Position numbers and translations under genes: made by a program
In this document: positions 26,807-38,784 of the stretch, piece by piece
How positions within the stretch are numbered: the first letter of the stretch is position 1
Layout of the letters: each line of letters opens with the position of its first letter
DNA from: Mobula hypostoma
Taxonomy: Eukaryota
Direction: 5' to 3'
Assembly (NCBI RefSeq): GCF_963921235.1
Contig: NC_086098.1
Coordinates: forward strand, 237,832,001 to 237,896,000
DNA length: 64,000 nt
Notes under the pieces: generated by a model
The model's database searches: none
Seen by the model: only the letters and a program-made list of their open reading frames with translations
What the model was told of the DNA's origin: nothing

Positions 26807-27780
26807 TGTCACGACGTCCGCTGAAAACGACTGAACCCAAGCGCGTAAGAACCACAGACTCGCATATCGAGACAGCTTTAGATAAGAATTCCAACAACAA
26901 CATCTGTGGCTTACTGAGCAACCGCGAGTCGAATCTTTCCCGAAACACCAGGACACCGCAATAAGTGCCAAATGTGGAGTCTACTTTAAAAAGCCATAGT
27001 ACAACGAAAACACGTGTCAGTCAAAATAAACTTGACAAGATTAAACAGAAAACAAAATGGGTTAATGACTTTAGATAAACCAACAATGAACAAAGACATG
27101 TTCACAGCCCCGTCTGGCTGATGGCAGTACATCAGTCCCCAAGGCCGGCAGCTGTCGTCCCAAGGAGCCCTAGGTTACTCGAGACAGGGCTTGTGACTTC
27201 GAAACAGACAGGATGCTCTCGAGAAATTGCTAGGAAACTCGAGTCAGAGCTGATACTCTGGGGACTTGACTGGTAAACTACAGACAGACCTGATGCTCTC
27301 GATAACATCAGTAACATGGCATTATCTCGGGAATATGGAATATTCCTCGGAATCCTGTCGGTCAGTGGAAGTCATAGGAATACTCGCAACAGAGCCTCGA
27401 CACGAGCACTGAGAATATAAGAGACTTTCGCCTCCAGCTAACCGTTATCCAAACGGCTACTGGAACTCCGCTGTGTTCATTTGTGGCTCAGGAAGCGAAT
27501 GCCACGGTGTGCGCTGACAAACGACTGACCCGGGTGCGGAGGAACTACAGACTCTCATATAGAGACATAAACAGGAGTGTATTCAGAGTAATTCCAACAG
27601 AACATTGATGGCTTGTCTGAGCACCACCGCGAAATGAATCATTTTCGGAAAACCAGGACACCGCCATAAGTGCAAATGAGGAATCCGCCTTAAATAATAT
27701 CAGTACGCAGAAAACCCGTGCCAATCAACATAAACTTGACACGATGAAACAGAAAGCACAAGGGTTAACGACACTAGATA
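26807..27780. repeat. Two diverged direct repeats of about 270 bp (26807-27077 and about 27500-27780) around a short internal region; LTR-like
   Basis: Both copies carry acagactc.catat.gagaca, aattccaaca, accaggacaccgc.ataagtgc.aa, taaacttgaca and gggttaa.gac..tagata. The first copy starts TGTCACG. Confidence 0.6.
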
Positions 27781-29139
27781 TGAAAAGTATTCGCAAATGC
27801 AGGTGCACAAACTCGCAGGTCCATGAAAGAGACATTTTCTACCCGAAAGGCCCGTACTGCGTCTGAATTATGCAGTCAACAATCTTATAGCTGTCCATAT
27901 GATACGTAATTTTCCTGTTATTACGGATTGATATCCCTTTGTATGGATAATTCCATTTCCCAATCATGTTCCTTCCCGGTTTTCTATATCAGCAACTTTC
28001 GATACATTATACTTGATATATTACCCCTGAGAATGTGCCTGATATTTAGTGGAATATAAAGAGCTGAGGACAAATCTGAGATATTTACAGCACCGAAATT
28101 ATGAACACAATAAATTCTGTTGATGCTGGAAATCCAAAGCAAAACAAACAACATTCAGGAGGAACTCCGCAGGCCAGGTAACATCCATGGATTTTAATAA
28201 ACAGTCGACTTTTAGGGCCAAGACCCTTCTTCAGGACCAAAGTTTCACAGTGCTTTTTAATCTTTGCTCCCCGCCTTTAACTTTTACAAGGACCGGGGCG
28301 AACCCAAACGCAGGACACTGGTACGGAGATAGGGTAAGGATGCTGATGAGGGCGTGAGCGTAGCTGGAACCTGACACGAAGCGTTGCTGGAGTTGAACGG
28401 CAAACAGAAAGGCAGGCGGCAGGCTATCCTTATCTCGACACGGAACGTAGAAACGCAAGCGGTAGACAATACTTTTCTTGACACGGAAAGACGGAGTTGC
28501 ACAGGTGAACCTCGTTACAGAAGTAAAACTTAGAATACACAATCCTAAGCGGCCGGAAACGTTAATTACCACACTGGCTAAACAGCGATCTGGCAACGAG
28601 TGGATGCAAAGCCGGGGTTTTTATGCTGCAGGTCTTGACGGGAGCCGGGTGTGCCGCTACCAAAGGGAATTAGGAGAAAATGGGGAATTAATGGTACGGA
28701 CAGTAGCACAATCAAAGGGTATTAGGAGCAAATTTCGGAATTCCTGTCGGATGGTTGCTATCCCACGAACTACCATTTTTTGCTGATGTTTATAAATTCA
28801 TAATGGTGTTCAGGCGCCAGTCGTAACTTTCAGAATTCGCATGGAAATGTTAAGGGTGTTCCTCTTGTCAATACCGTGCATACAAGCGAGACTATTCATT
28901 CCATAGACCCTGTGAAGTAGCAGCAGAAGGAAGCCCTTCGACCCTACAAGTCTCACAAGCGAAGAGCAGATGTGGGTCAAAACTTCCAGAATCTATTTCT
29001 ATTCAATCACACTCCGCCTGTCCAGTACTTGAACTCGTTTTTACTGATAACCTTGCCCTGTTATGAAGCTACAAATGATAATGTGACATTTCCCATCCGC
29101 GAATTACGCTAAATTGCGTTAAAATGTGATAAAACATAC

Positions 29140-29980
29140 ACACGACCCTGCATAAATGAACAGAAAGCAACCGTCACTGAGCAAACAACAGGAATTCTGC
29201 AGATGCTGGAAATTCAAGCAACACACATCAAAGTTGCTGGTGAACGCAGCAGGCCAGGCAGCATCTCGAGGAAGAGGTGCAGTCGACGATTCAGGCCGAG
29301 ACCCTTCGTCAGGACTAACTGAAGGAAAAGTGAGTAAGGGATTTGAAAATTGGAGGGGGAGGGGGAGATCCAAAATGATAGGAGAAGACAAGGAGGGGGA
29401 GGGATGGAGCCAAGAGCTGGACAGGTGATAGGCAAAAGGGATACGAGAGGATCATGGGACAGGAGGTCCGGGAAGAAAGACAAGGGGGGGGGACCCAGAG
29501 GATGGGCAAGGGGTATATTCAGAGGGACAGAGGGAGAAAAAGGAGAGTGATAGAAAGAATGTGTGTATAAAAATAAGTAACAGATGGGGTACGAGGGGGA
29601 GGTGGGGCATTAGCGGAAGTTAGAGAAGTCGATGTTCATGCCATCAAGTTGGAGACTACCCAGACGGAATATAAGGTGTTGTTCCTCCAACCAGAGTGTG
29701 GCTTCATCTTTGCAGTAGAGGAGGCCGTGGATAGGCATGTCAGAGTGGGAATGGGATGTGGAATTAAAATGTGTGGCCACTGGGAGATCCTTCTTTCTCT
29801 GGCGGACAGAGCGTAGGTGTTCAGCAAAGCGGTCATTTTGGATCTCCCCCTCTCCCTCCAACTTCCAAATCCCTTACTCACTCTTCCTTCAGTTAGTCCT
29901 GACTAAGGATCTCGGCCTGAAACGTCGACTGCACCTCTTCCTGGAGATGCTGCCTGGCCTGCTGCGTTCACCAGCAACTT
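29140..29980 (-). mobile_element. Penelope-like element 3' end (GIY-YIG C-terminus) with inverted terminal arms
   Basis: ORF 29610-29861 RFAEHLRSV...PVATHFNS...EEQHLIFRLGSLQ..GMNIDFS. Arms 29230-29376 and 29833-29980 are reverse complements. Confidence 0.85.
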
Positions 29981-31049
29981 TTATATACTATTCGGATGTC
30001 CTGTTCGCGTCCACTGCAACTCCGGTATGTTCCCCTGACCATTGAGTCCTCTATCACTACCGATCTGCTCTTCTGCTTCTTTCACTTCTTAACCATGGAC
30101 CCATGCTCGGTTCCAATAACTCGGTCTCCGTGGCAATCTACTGGGAGCTCATCCCCCACAAGAGCATCCAAAACTATATGCTTATTATTAAGACGAATGG
30201 CCACAGGGATGTTCTGTGCTAACTGACTAATCATATTTACATTTCTCTGAACCGTCACCGACCTTGCCATTGACTCGCGGTGTGCAAAAGAGCTTTTATG
30301 AACGCAAAACACGTCGAATCCTGAAACCTCATGAGGAAAGAAACGTCACTGGGCAGCATGAGGACATGAGTGGCGCTGTGGAAATGCATGACAGTCTCTT
30401 TGCATCGTTGCCCACGTTTTCAGAATGGTTGCATAGCAATTGTCAGCAAGCCCAAATCACCTCGCATAAGTAATATTAAAAATGACTGTGAGCTACATAA
30501 GCAGGCATTAAATAAGCAGAGTCACAGAATCACAGAACGGAAACAAGTCTTTCAGTCCAACTGGAACATGCTGAGCAAGATGGTCCATACAAGTATGTCT
30601 CACTTGCCTGTGCTTGAACCATATCCCTCTCAACAATTCCTATGTACGTACCTTTAACTGTCCTTTGAAAGTTTTCGTTGTACCCCTCTCAACCAATTCC
30701 ACGCAGATACCACCCTTTGTTTAAAAAAGTTGCCCTGAAGTTCCTCTCCTCTTTCCACTATCACTTGACACCTATGCCCTCCATTTCTTGATAACCTAAC
30801 TCTGTGAATAAAGACTTTCACAACATATTTGCACTTCGTGAATTTATACCCACTATAAGATCACTTCTCAGTCTCCCACTTTATAAGGAGTGAAGTCCGG
30901 ACCTGTCTACCGTATCCATGTGAGTCGTGCCACGAGTCCTAACGTCCTTGTAAACCTTTTGTGCACTCTTTCCAGTTTAATAACATCTTTCCGAAACTAC
31001 TGATCTCCAAGGATTTTCATAAACAACAGTATCTAGAGTTAACGGACTC

Positions 31050-31250
31050 TGGAAAGGAAAACACATAAAAACATCGAGTATGCGGCAATTTTGTGGGCGC
31101 CAACGCCTTGTTTCTGAGGGAGATGAGAGGAAAATAGCCAGACTGGATTAAACTGACAGGAAGGCGACAATATTTCTAATAATCACGCGTTACAACAGCG
31201 ATGTGCAAAAGAGCTTTTATGAACGAACAACACGTCGAATCCTGAAGTGA
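31050..31250 (+). mobile_element. Tc1-like transposase remnant, with a second partial copy at 30267-30325
   Basis: Translates YNSDVQKSFYERTTRRILK; the same ~50-nt core recurs at 30267. Confidence 0.55.
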
Positions 31251-31904
31251 TTCAAAATTCAAGAGCACGAGCATGCACTTGGCAGACACGTTAATAAGTA
31301 CACATAATAAAATGACTATTGAGTGTATGAAAACCAGCGTTCCAAATGTTATTGCAAATGAATTCAGTGCATTTGGTGAGGTGCAGTCTCAAGTGGGGTA
31401 AACCCCGGTGTAATGTTCAACTTCTGCGGATCAAAGAATGAATTGCTAATAATGTTTCCATCCCAAGGCTTCTCCCTCTTAGCCGACCCACACCTCTCAC
31501 CCAACTATCCACAAAAAGAAAACAGTTTACTGAAGTTACGTGTATTTCCATGTATTTCTATAAGCTCTCTGGATTTGATCTGCACAATATTACAGGCTTT
31601 ACGTACCGTAGTAAGAGTTTTACCAGGGCGGCACTAGAACTTAGAGATGATACCCATTAACAAAAAAAAAGGCGAAAGAGGAAGCCAAATTATCAAATAG
31701 TTTGATGGGAGTAAGGAACACACACACACACAAAGTGCTGAAGGAATTCAGCAGATCAGGCAGTATCTATGAAGGGGAATGAACAGTCGATGTTTCGGGC
31801 CCAGCCCTTTAATCAGGTCACCTCCATAGATGCTGCCTGACTTAATGAGTTCCTCCAGCATTTTGTTTGTGTTGCACACGGTTTCCAGCATCTGCTGATT
31901 CTCG

Positions 31905-33900
31905 TGTGCTTTTCACAAGCAGGAGAATAGTGGCTGACTGCAAGACTGGGTTGGAGGAGCGGTCATAAAGATCATCCCTAATGAATCCAACGTGGAAATC
32001 GGGAAATATATAAAACTTTCAGATTGAGAACAAGGCGGAACCCGCACGAGGCGGTGATCAGTAGCAGCAGTTTGAACATCAATCTTGTCGGTCACACGAG
32101 TGGGAAAGAAACGGAAGTAGATGGCAATGGGTAGCATGGAGAGAAGTGAGAGCGAGTTCAACAGAGATGTGCTCAACAAAAAGTACATTCCAGTTAAAAG
32201 CAAGAAAAGTAAGGGTTGGGAGAACCAGCCTTGGATAAGTAAGGAAATAAAAGAAGGCAACAAATTAAAAGCTCGTGCATAAAAAGTCGCCAAGACTAGT
32301 GGGAAACTGGAAGATGGAGACACTTTAATAAATAAACAAAGAACCACTAAGTGAACAATAAAGAACGGGAAGCTAAATTATGAATATAAACCAGCACAAA
32401 ATATAAAAACGGATAGCAACTTTTTTATCATTATAAACAGCAGAAAAGGGTGGCTAAAGTGTACGTAGGTCTCTTGGAGGACGACAAAGGGAAGTTGCTA
32501 TTGGGTAATGAGAAAATGACAGAGGCGTTGAAGGACTATGTTGTGTTTTCCTTCACGGTGCAGGACACGTCTGACATGCCAAACAGAGATGTTATGGATG
32601 CGATAGGAGGTGAAAACCTCAATCCAATAGCTATCACTAAAACGTTAGTGTTGAGTAAACTTGTGGGCCTAAAAATAGACAAGTCCCCTGGTCCTGATGG
32701 AATGCATCCCAGAGTACTGAAGGAAATGGTAAAAGTTACATTAGAGTTTTGATAATAATTTACCAAAATTCCCTGGACTCTGGGCAGGTCCCGACGAATT
32801 GAAATCGGCGGATGTCACGCCTCTGCTCAGAACAGGGTGTAGACAGACAACTATAGGCCAGTTAGTTTAACATCTGTAGCTTGGAAAATAGTTGAAACTA
32901 TCATTAAAGACGAAATGGAAAGAAATGGATCAATCAGGCAAACGCAACATGGATTTAGCAAAGGCAGGTCCTGTTTGACAAATGTACTGGAGTTCTTTGA
33001 GGATATAACGAGCGCAGTGGATAGAGGGGAATAGTTGGACGTTAAATATTTGGACTTTCAGAAGGCGATCGATAAGGTGCCGCATAAAAGAGTTATCTAT
33101 AAGAGAAGGATGCATCGAGTCGGGGGTGAAGTATTACCATAGATAAAAGATTGGTTAACTAATAGAAAGCAGAGAGCTGGGAACATTTGTTTCTGTGGTT
33201 CGCAATCAGTGATGACCAGTGTGCCGCAGGCATTGGTGCTGGGCCCGCAACTATTCACCATAGACATTAACAATCTGGGAGAGGGGACCGAGTGCAGTGT
33301 ATCTAAGTTTGCTGATTATACTAATTGAGTGGAAAAACAAGTTGTGCAAAAGATACGGAGAGTCTGCAGATAGATATAGATATGTCAAGTGACTGGGCAA
33401 GGGTATGGAAGATGGAGTACAGTCTTGGTAAATGCGAGGTCATTAACTTTGGAAGGGAAAACGAAAGAGCTGGTTATTATTTAAACGGTAAAAACTTCTA
33501 GTATGCAAAAGGAGACTTGGGAGTGTTTCCACATGAATCACAAAAGATTGGTTTGCAGCTGCAGAAGGCGATCAAGAAGGCAAATGGAATGTTGGACTTC
33601 ATTGATGGAGCAATTGCATTCAAGAGCAGGGAGGTTATGCTGCACCTGTACAAGGTACTGGTGAGGAAAGATATACTGGCTTTGGAGGCGGTGCAGAGGA
33701 GCGGTGGAACTCTCTACCAATGAAGCAATGGAGGCTACCTCAGCAATTATATTTAAGACAAGGTCGGATATATTTTGCATAGTAGTAGAATTAAGGATTA
33801 TTGTGAAAAGGCAGATAGATGGAGATGAGTCCATCGCCAGGTAAGCCATGATCTTATTGAATGGCGGAGTAGGCTCGACGTACTAGATTGCTGACTCCTG
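31905..33900 (+). mobile_element. Decayed CR1 ORF2 with internal deletions
   Basis: KSPGPDGMHPRVLKE, QHGFSKGRSCLTNVL, YLDFQKAIDKVPH, VPQALVLGP and 3' UTR motif atggcggagtaggctcga. Confidence 0.85.
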
Positions 33901-33949
33901 CTCCTATTTCTTATGCTCTTATGAGTTAGGTGAAAGCAGAAGCACCAGT

Positions 33950-34230
33950 TAAATTCTACAGGGGCGGCCTCACGCCCGGTTGCGAAAGGCTGAGGTTTGG
34001 ACATGGGACTAACAACCCCATCGCGTAAAAACACATAACTACAGATACGCCAACCGAAGCCCCAAAGGCCACATCCATGGGTGGGCAAAGTTCATCGCGG
34101 GTGGTCAAAGTTCTTCGAATGTGGGCTCCGCCTGGGGATAATTTGAAAGACTGGCCCAGGACAAAGGATTCTGTAAAGATGCTGTCAGCGGCCTATAATG
34201 CAGGAGGGGTTAAGAAGAAGAAGAGTCGCC
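33950..34230 (+). mobile_element. RTE-derived short interspersed repeat; related copy at about 63500-63750
   Basis: Both share tggacatggga..aacccc, ggga.aatttgaaag and cccagga.a.a.ga..ctg. Confidence 0.45.
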
Positions 34231-36242
34231 ACTAGGGCGCCCTTATGAGAGGAAGTGAACTTTCAGAGTACACTCACCAAATTCTGAAAAACTCAGAATT
34301 CCGGCAGATTCTTTGGACAAAGATAAACCGTTAACGTTTCAGGCCGAGGCCCTTCATCAGAACTGAAGACTGATAAGGGACAAAGAGTGAAATGGACTTA
34401 ATTTTCAATTCAAAGCACAACTGCTGCTTTTGGACCGAAATAGCCGCATTGTGCCATAACCAAATCGGTGCTCGAGAGGGAATTGACCTTCAGTAACAAG
34501 AAAATGAATCAGCTCCTGATACAAAGGCAGCAGGACGTGTTGTCATCATAGACGTCCAGTAAACAGCTACTGTGGAAATCGTAGGCAGACTCACTCACAA
34601 TGCATCTATTTCATTTTCAGGCGCTTCAAATACTGATAAACATTTGGTACAACAGTTAATGGGTAAGGTCGAAAACGTGACCGAATTAGAACTTCTGTGT
34701 GGGTTTCCTGTTTTCGTAGTTTGGACGCTGCTGCCCAAAGGTCAGCCTCTCAGCATTAATGTTATATGTCACACTGAAGACACTGCAGCCCACAACGAGC
34801 ATATTTGTGGAAATTAACCTCGTATACTGTGCCCCATGTTACATTCTGTGAACACGAGAAGCGCGATGTGAACAACATTCAATCTAGAATAAATAAATAG
34901 AAATATAACACCAGATGTACATACCCTTGGGGCAATGGCCACTCCAACAGGATCTGCATCAATATTTAATGTCATTTCAACGAATCTTGCGTAATCCTGT
35001 GACCATGTGACATAGGAACAGAATTCGGCTATTCAGCTCATCGAGACTGCTCCACTCTATTCTGTCACGTCTGATTTATTTCGCTTTCAAACTGCCTTTC
35101 CCCCGAAACATTTGATGCCCTGACCAATCTCGAACCGATCAATCTTCGCTTTAAATACATCCAATACATGGCCTCCACAGCCGTCTGTGGCAATATGTTT
35201 CACAGATTCGCCACCCTCTCGCTAAATAATTCCTCATTATCACTATTCTGAAGGGACGTCATACTATTTTAAGGTTGTGCCCTCCGGTCATAGACACTCC
35301 CACAACTGGAAACATCGTCTCCACCTCCACTCTAAATAGGCCTTTCAATATTCGATTCGCCACACCCGCACCTCACCACCACTACCAGCACCACTTTCTA
35401 AACTCCTGCAAGTACAGGCACAGAGCCATCAAACGCTCTTCAGATGCTAACTCCTTCATTCCAAAGGTCAACCTGTTGAACCTCCTCTATACCGTCTGAA
35501 ATGGAACCTCGTCCTCCCAGAGATAAGGCGCCCAAAGCCACTCACAATAATCCAGTTGCTGTCTGACCTTACAAAGCCTCAGCTTTGCAACAACGCTATA
35601 GGAATCACCAGTAATTATAAACGCCTTTCGCTGTATGAATATAGTGACTGCAAGAACATGTCAGAGATTGGAATACCAGAGTGAGTAATACTTTTTGACA
35701 TCACCATCAATTTCTACCTTAACACAGGTCACGAATGCAATGGAATGCTATCTGCTGCTCTCTGTTGGTGCAGTTCTGACAAGGCAAACTCGGTATTCTT
35801 CATTGTAAAGTAACCCCATCAAAATTGACTTCAGTTACCCTCCCAGACAAATCCAACAGCTCTTCCCGAACCCTGGGCAAGCAGTTCAAATGTAACAGGG
35901 ACGAGAATACACCGCTGCAGGTTCTCCTCCAAATCGTGAATTATCCTATATTGTACATCTGTGTTCCGTCAATGTCTCTGATTCTAAAGTCTCTGGTATC
36001 TTTAGAAGAGGGGCTGCAGTAAGTACACACAGTTGACTCATCGCCAGCTTCTGCGGCAATTTAATCAAGTGGAAATGAATGCTGCTTTTGTTAGCGATGC
36101 ACGTGTCTACATCCCGGAAACCATGGTCAAACCATGCTCTGTTTGGCAGACTTTATGAACAATTCCCCATAGCCGTTTGATCTTGTGACGGACAGGCGCG
36201 TAACCTGGTGCAACACGCACTGGCTCAGGTTGGATGTATAGG

Positions 36243-36258
36243 CCCCGCCCCGGAACTT
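36243..36258 (+). promoter_or_regulatory. GC box plus Ets-like site upstream of gene A
   Basis: CCCCGCCCC followed by CGGAAC in a CpG-rich stretch about 115 nt upstream of the leader ATG. Confidence 0.35.
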
Positions 36259-36369
36259 CGGCACCGAGCAGTGTCCATGGCAGCTGAGAGGCTGCACAGA
36301 GCCGCGGCTGAAATTAGTCCGACTCCTGGGAGTCGATCACAGCGCCGCCGAATACCGGCCCGAGCCCAG

Positions 36370-36424
36370 ATGTTGATGGAAGCTTTGGCCCTGTTCGTTA
36401 TCGTTCAGATGCTTTGTGTTTACG
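36370..36424 (+). CDS. Gene A leader exon (non-rearranging VJ-C1 IgSF gene)
   Basis: MLMEALALFVIVQMLCVY+G, a hydrophobic signal peptide, with donor G|gtgagt in phase 1. Confidence 0.8.
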
Positions 36425-37051
36425 GTGAGTGAGTCGGGCTTGAGAACTTCCAAAGGAGATTGCCCGAAATGTTGGGAGAAATGGGCTATTGCACGTTTGT
36501 TATCCCAGTGGAAATGTTGTTCGGTTATAAAACAAGATCAATGATTGGGATTAAGTTACCCACACGACCTTCGCCCGCTCTCTGCATTCAACATCCCACG
36601 AGACTGGGGAAATAAATTTTAGTCAATCATATAAATCTGGGTTACAAAGCTAGAATCTCATTAATGTTGATTCTAGAATTACCTAAATAAACTCTAAATA
36701 ATTTTCTCGTTAAGTATCGCTCCTTTTCTATTGGTGATTCGTATCTGGCGCACTGAATGTCTGTGCCCGTATGTAACACCAAACCCAGTGCAGGATGTTT
36801 GGCGGCCCTGCCTAAAATAGTCACCAAACATCTCAAATTAAGGTCACCTACGGAATCATGGACAAACTAATTTTGCCAGCTGCAAATTGTGTAAATGAAT
36901 AAAGGAAAACTCATAAAAATTTGACCTAGTTATCTTGTATTTTCCTTCTGGTCGAACGTTAGGTCTTCTTCAGATACCTTAGCAAATAAAACAAATCCGA
37001 CTTCGTTTGATCCCGTAGTAGATAATTTTAATTAACTGATAATAATTCCAG

Positions 37052-37375
37052 TTGCAGAACCCAAGCCGTTTTCTGAAAGTCCGTCTGTAGTGACTGCACA
37101 TGTCGGTCAGGTGGTTGAACTCTCCTGCGAACTCACGTACAGAGTGGAGGTCGCAAGCAATGTGTTCTGGTACAAACAGCTTGCGGACGAACCCGCGGTA
37201 GCGATCAAATCCACGGACTGCCGAAAGACCGGCTGTAGGACCACTCACAAAAAAGGCTCTGGAGATCGCACATCAGTGCTAGAAATCCGGGACGTCCGTG
37301 TGGAGGATTCGGGTTCCTACTACTGTTCTAGAACGGATTCGCTGCTTGCGAAGGGACCCACACTCCTGGTTGGAG
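37052..37375 (+). CDS. Gene A V-set exon with built-in J-like G strand
   Basis: Acceptor aattccag (alternative AG 6 nt downstream, same phase). VAEPKPFSESPSVVTAHVGQVVELSC...VFWYKQ...VLEIRDVRVEDSGSYYCSRTDSLLAKGPTLLVG, donor G|gtaag. No RSS. Confidence 0.9.
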
Positions 37376-37458
37376 GTAAGAGAACTCGACAGTGAAATTA
37401 TACTCTGCCATGTACTTCATGTGAAGCTGCGGTTAACGATGTCCCAATCTCTGTCCAG

Positions 37459-37779
37459 ACAGCTCCACCAATCGGACCTACATGCAGGTATTTGTCCTGC
37501 CGTCTGAGAGGACCGGGTCGGTTCACCTGGCGTGTCTGGTCGGCGGCCTTTCTTCCATCCAGATTGTCATTTACTGGAACATATCCGGACAGATCATGGA
37601 AGGATGGAGCGATACCGGCAGGCTTGACCCAGACCAGAGCTATAGTGTTAGAAGTCAGGTGCCGGTCCCAGTGGAAACCTGGATGAGCGGCGGAGACTGC
37701 ACCTGTATCGCACAACTCCGTGATGCGGGAAAGATGATAATCAAGAGCGTGTCCTATATCACCATTGAACCAGATCAAG
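37459..37779 (+). CDS. Gene A C1-set exon
   Basis: Acceptor tctctgtccag. DSSTNRTYMQVFVLP...HLACLVGG...IYWNISG...LDPDQSYSVRSQVPVPVETWMSGGDCTC...EPDQ, donor G|gtgag. The V-C intron is only 83 nt. Confidence 0.9.
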
Positions 37780-38784
37780 GTGAGGTGATGTTTTGTACAT
37801 AAAGTATTGATACTCATCTGTGGTGGAATGACGGAGCAGACGCGATAACCCGAACGGCTTAATTTTGCTCCTTTGTCTTACGGCCTTATGTCTGCTGGAA
37901 TAACTCGCTGGTTCAATAACGTCACAGGCAACATTAATTTGTACTCATTCGTTTTTAAGAATCTGCTTATCTCCACCACTGGCTGCCCTTTGAACAGCTG
38001 GGGGTGAACCTCCTTCTTAAGTCTTTGATGTCCGTGATAATCTCACAGTATGGTTGGGAGAGGCTTCCGAGAATTAGATACGGCAAATGGGGAAGTGATT
38101 GGAAAGGATCAAGGTGGCTGCGAGGCAAAGCGGAGAAACGGTCTGAGGAGACGTATGGCCTCATGCGTTATTTCTTTCTTTGAGTCGTTCTTTGGTTAAA
38201 GTTGCCATGGGTTTCTGGTTGTACATTATAGCTTGAGGATCAAAGGTCAAACCTTTCACCGTATACATTTACACCTATTGGGAATTTGCTGTAGTGTGTT
38301 GGTCAGGGCACGACATGCAACAGAAGTCAAAAGCTTTCTAAAATTATAAGAGTAAAGAGTTTTAAATAAATAATTAAAAGAGCATCGACTGACGTAAAAT
38401 CACTCCTATTACAACCAAATGAAAGCTCGAAAAAAATGGGCTTGGAAACCATGATTTCACCTAACAACAATTGTCTTTCTCTAGGCTGGTGTCTTCCCAC
38501 AGTGATCCGCTTTGGGATCCTTGTCTTCCTGGTTATCCTAATTATTATTCGGATCTCTAAAGGGCGGAGATCAGGTGAGGGTTGGCTTTTCCCAGAAATA
38601 CCCATATAACTATTAACAGTTACTGTGGTCTCTGTTTCAAGGCTCCGTGTGATAATTGCTGTCAATGGGTTTCGAAAGGAGGAGGCGGAGAGGGGTGGTG
38701 GCGGGGAGCTGGACTGAAATCTCAGAGGGTAGGGGTCTGAGGTCTCATTCCCACCATCAATGGTGTCTCTGTGTATGTTGCTCA

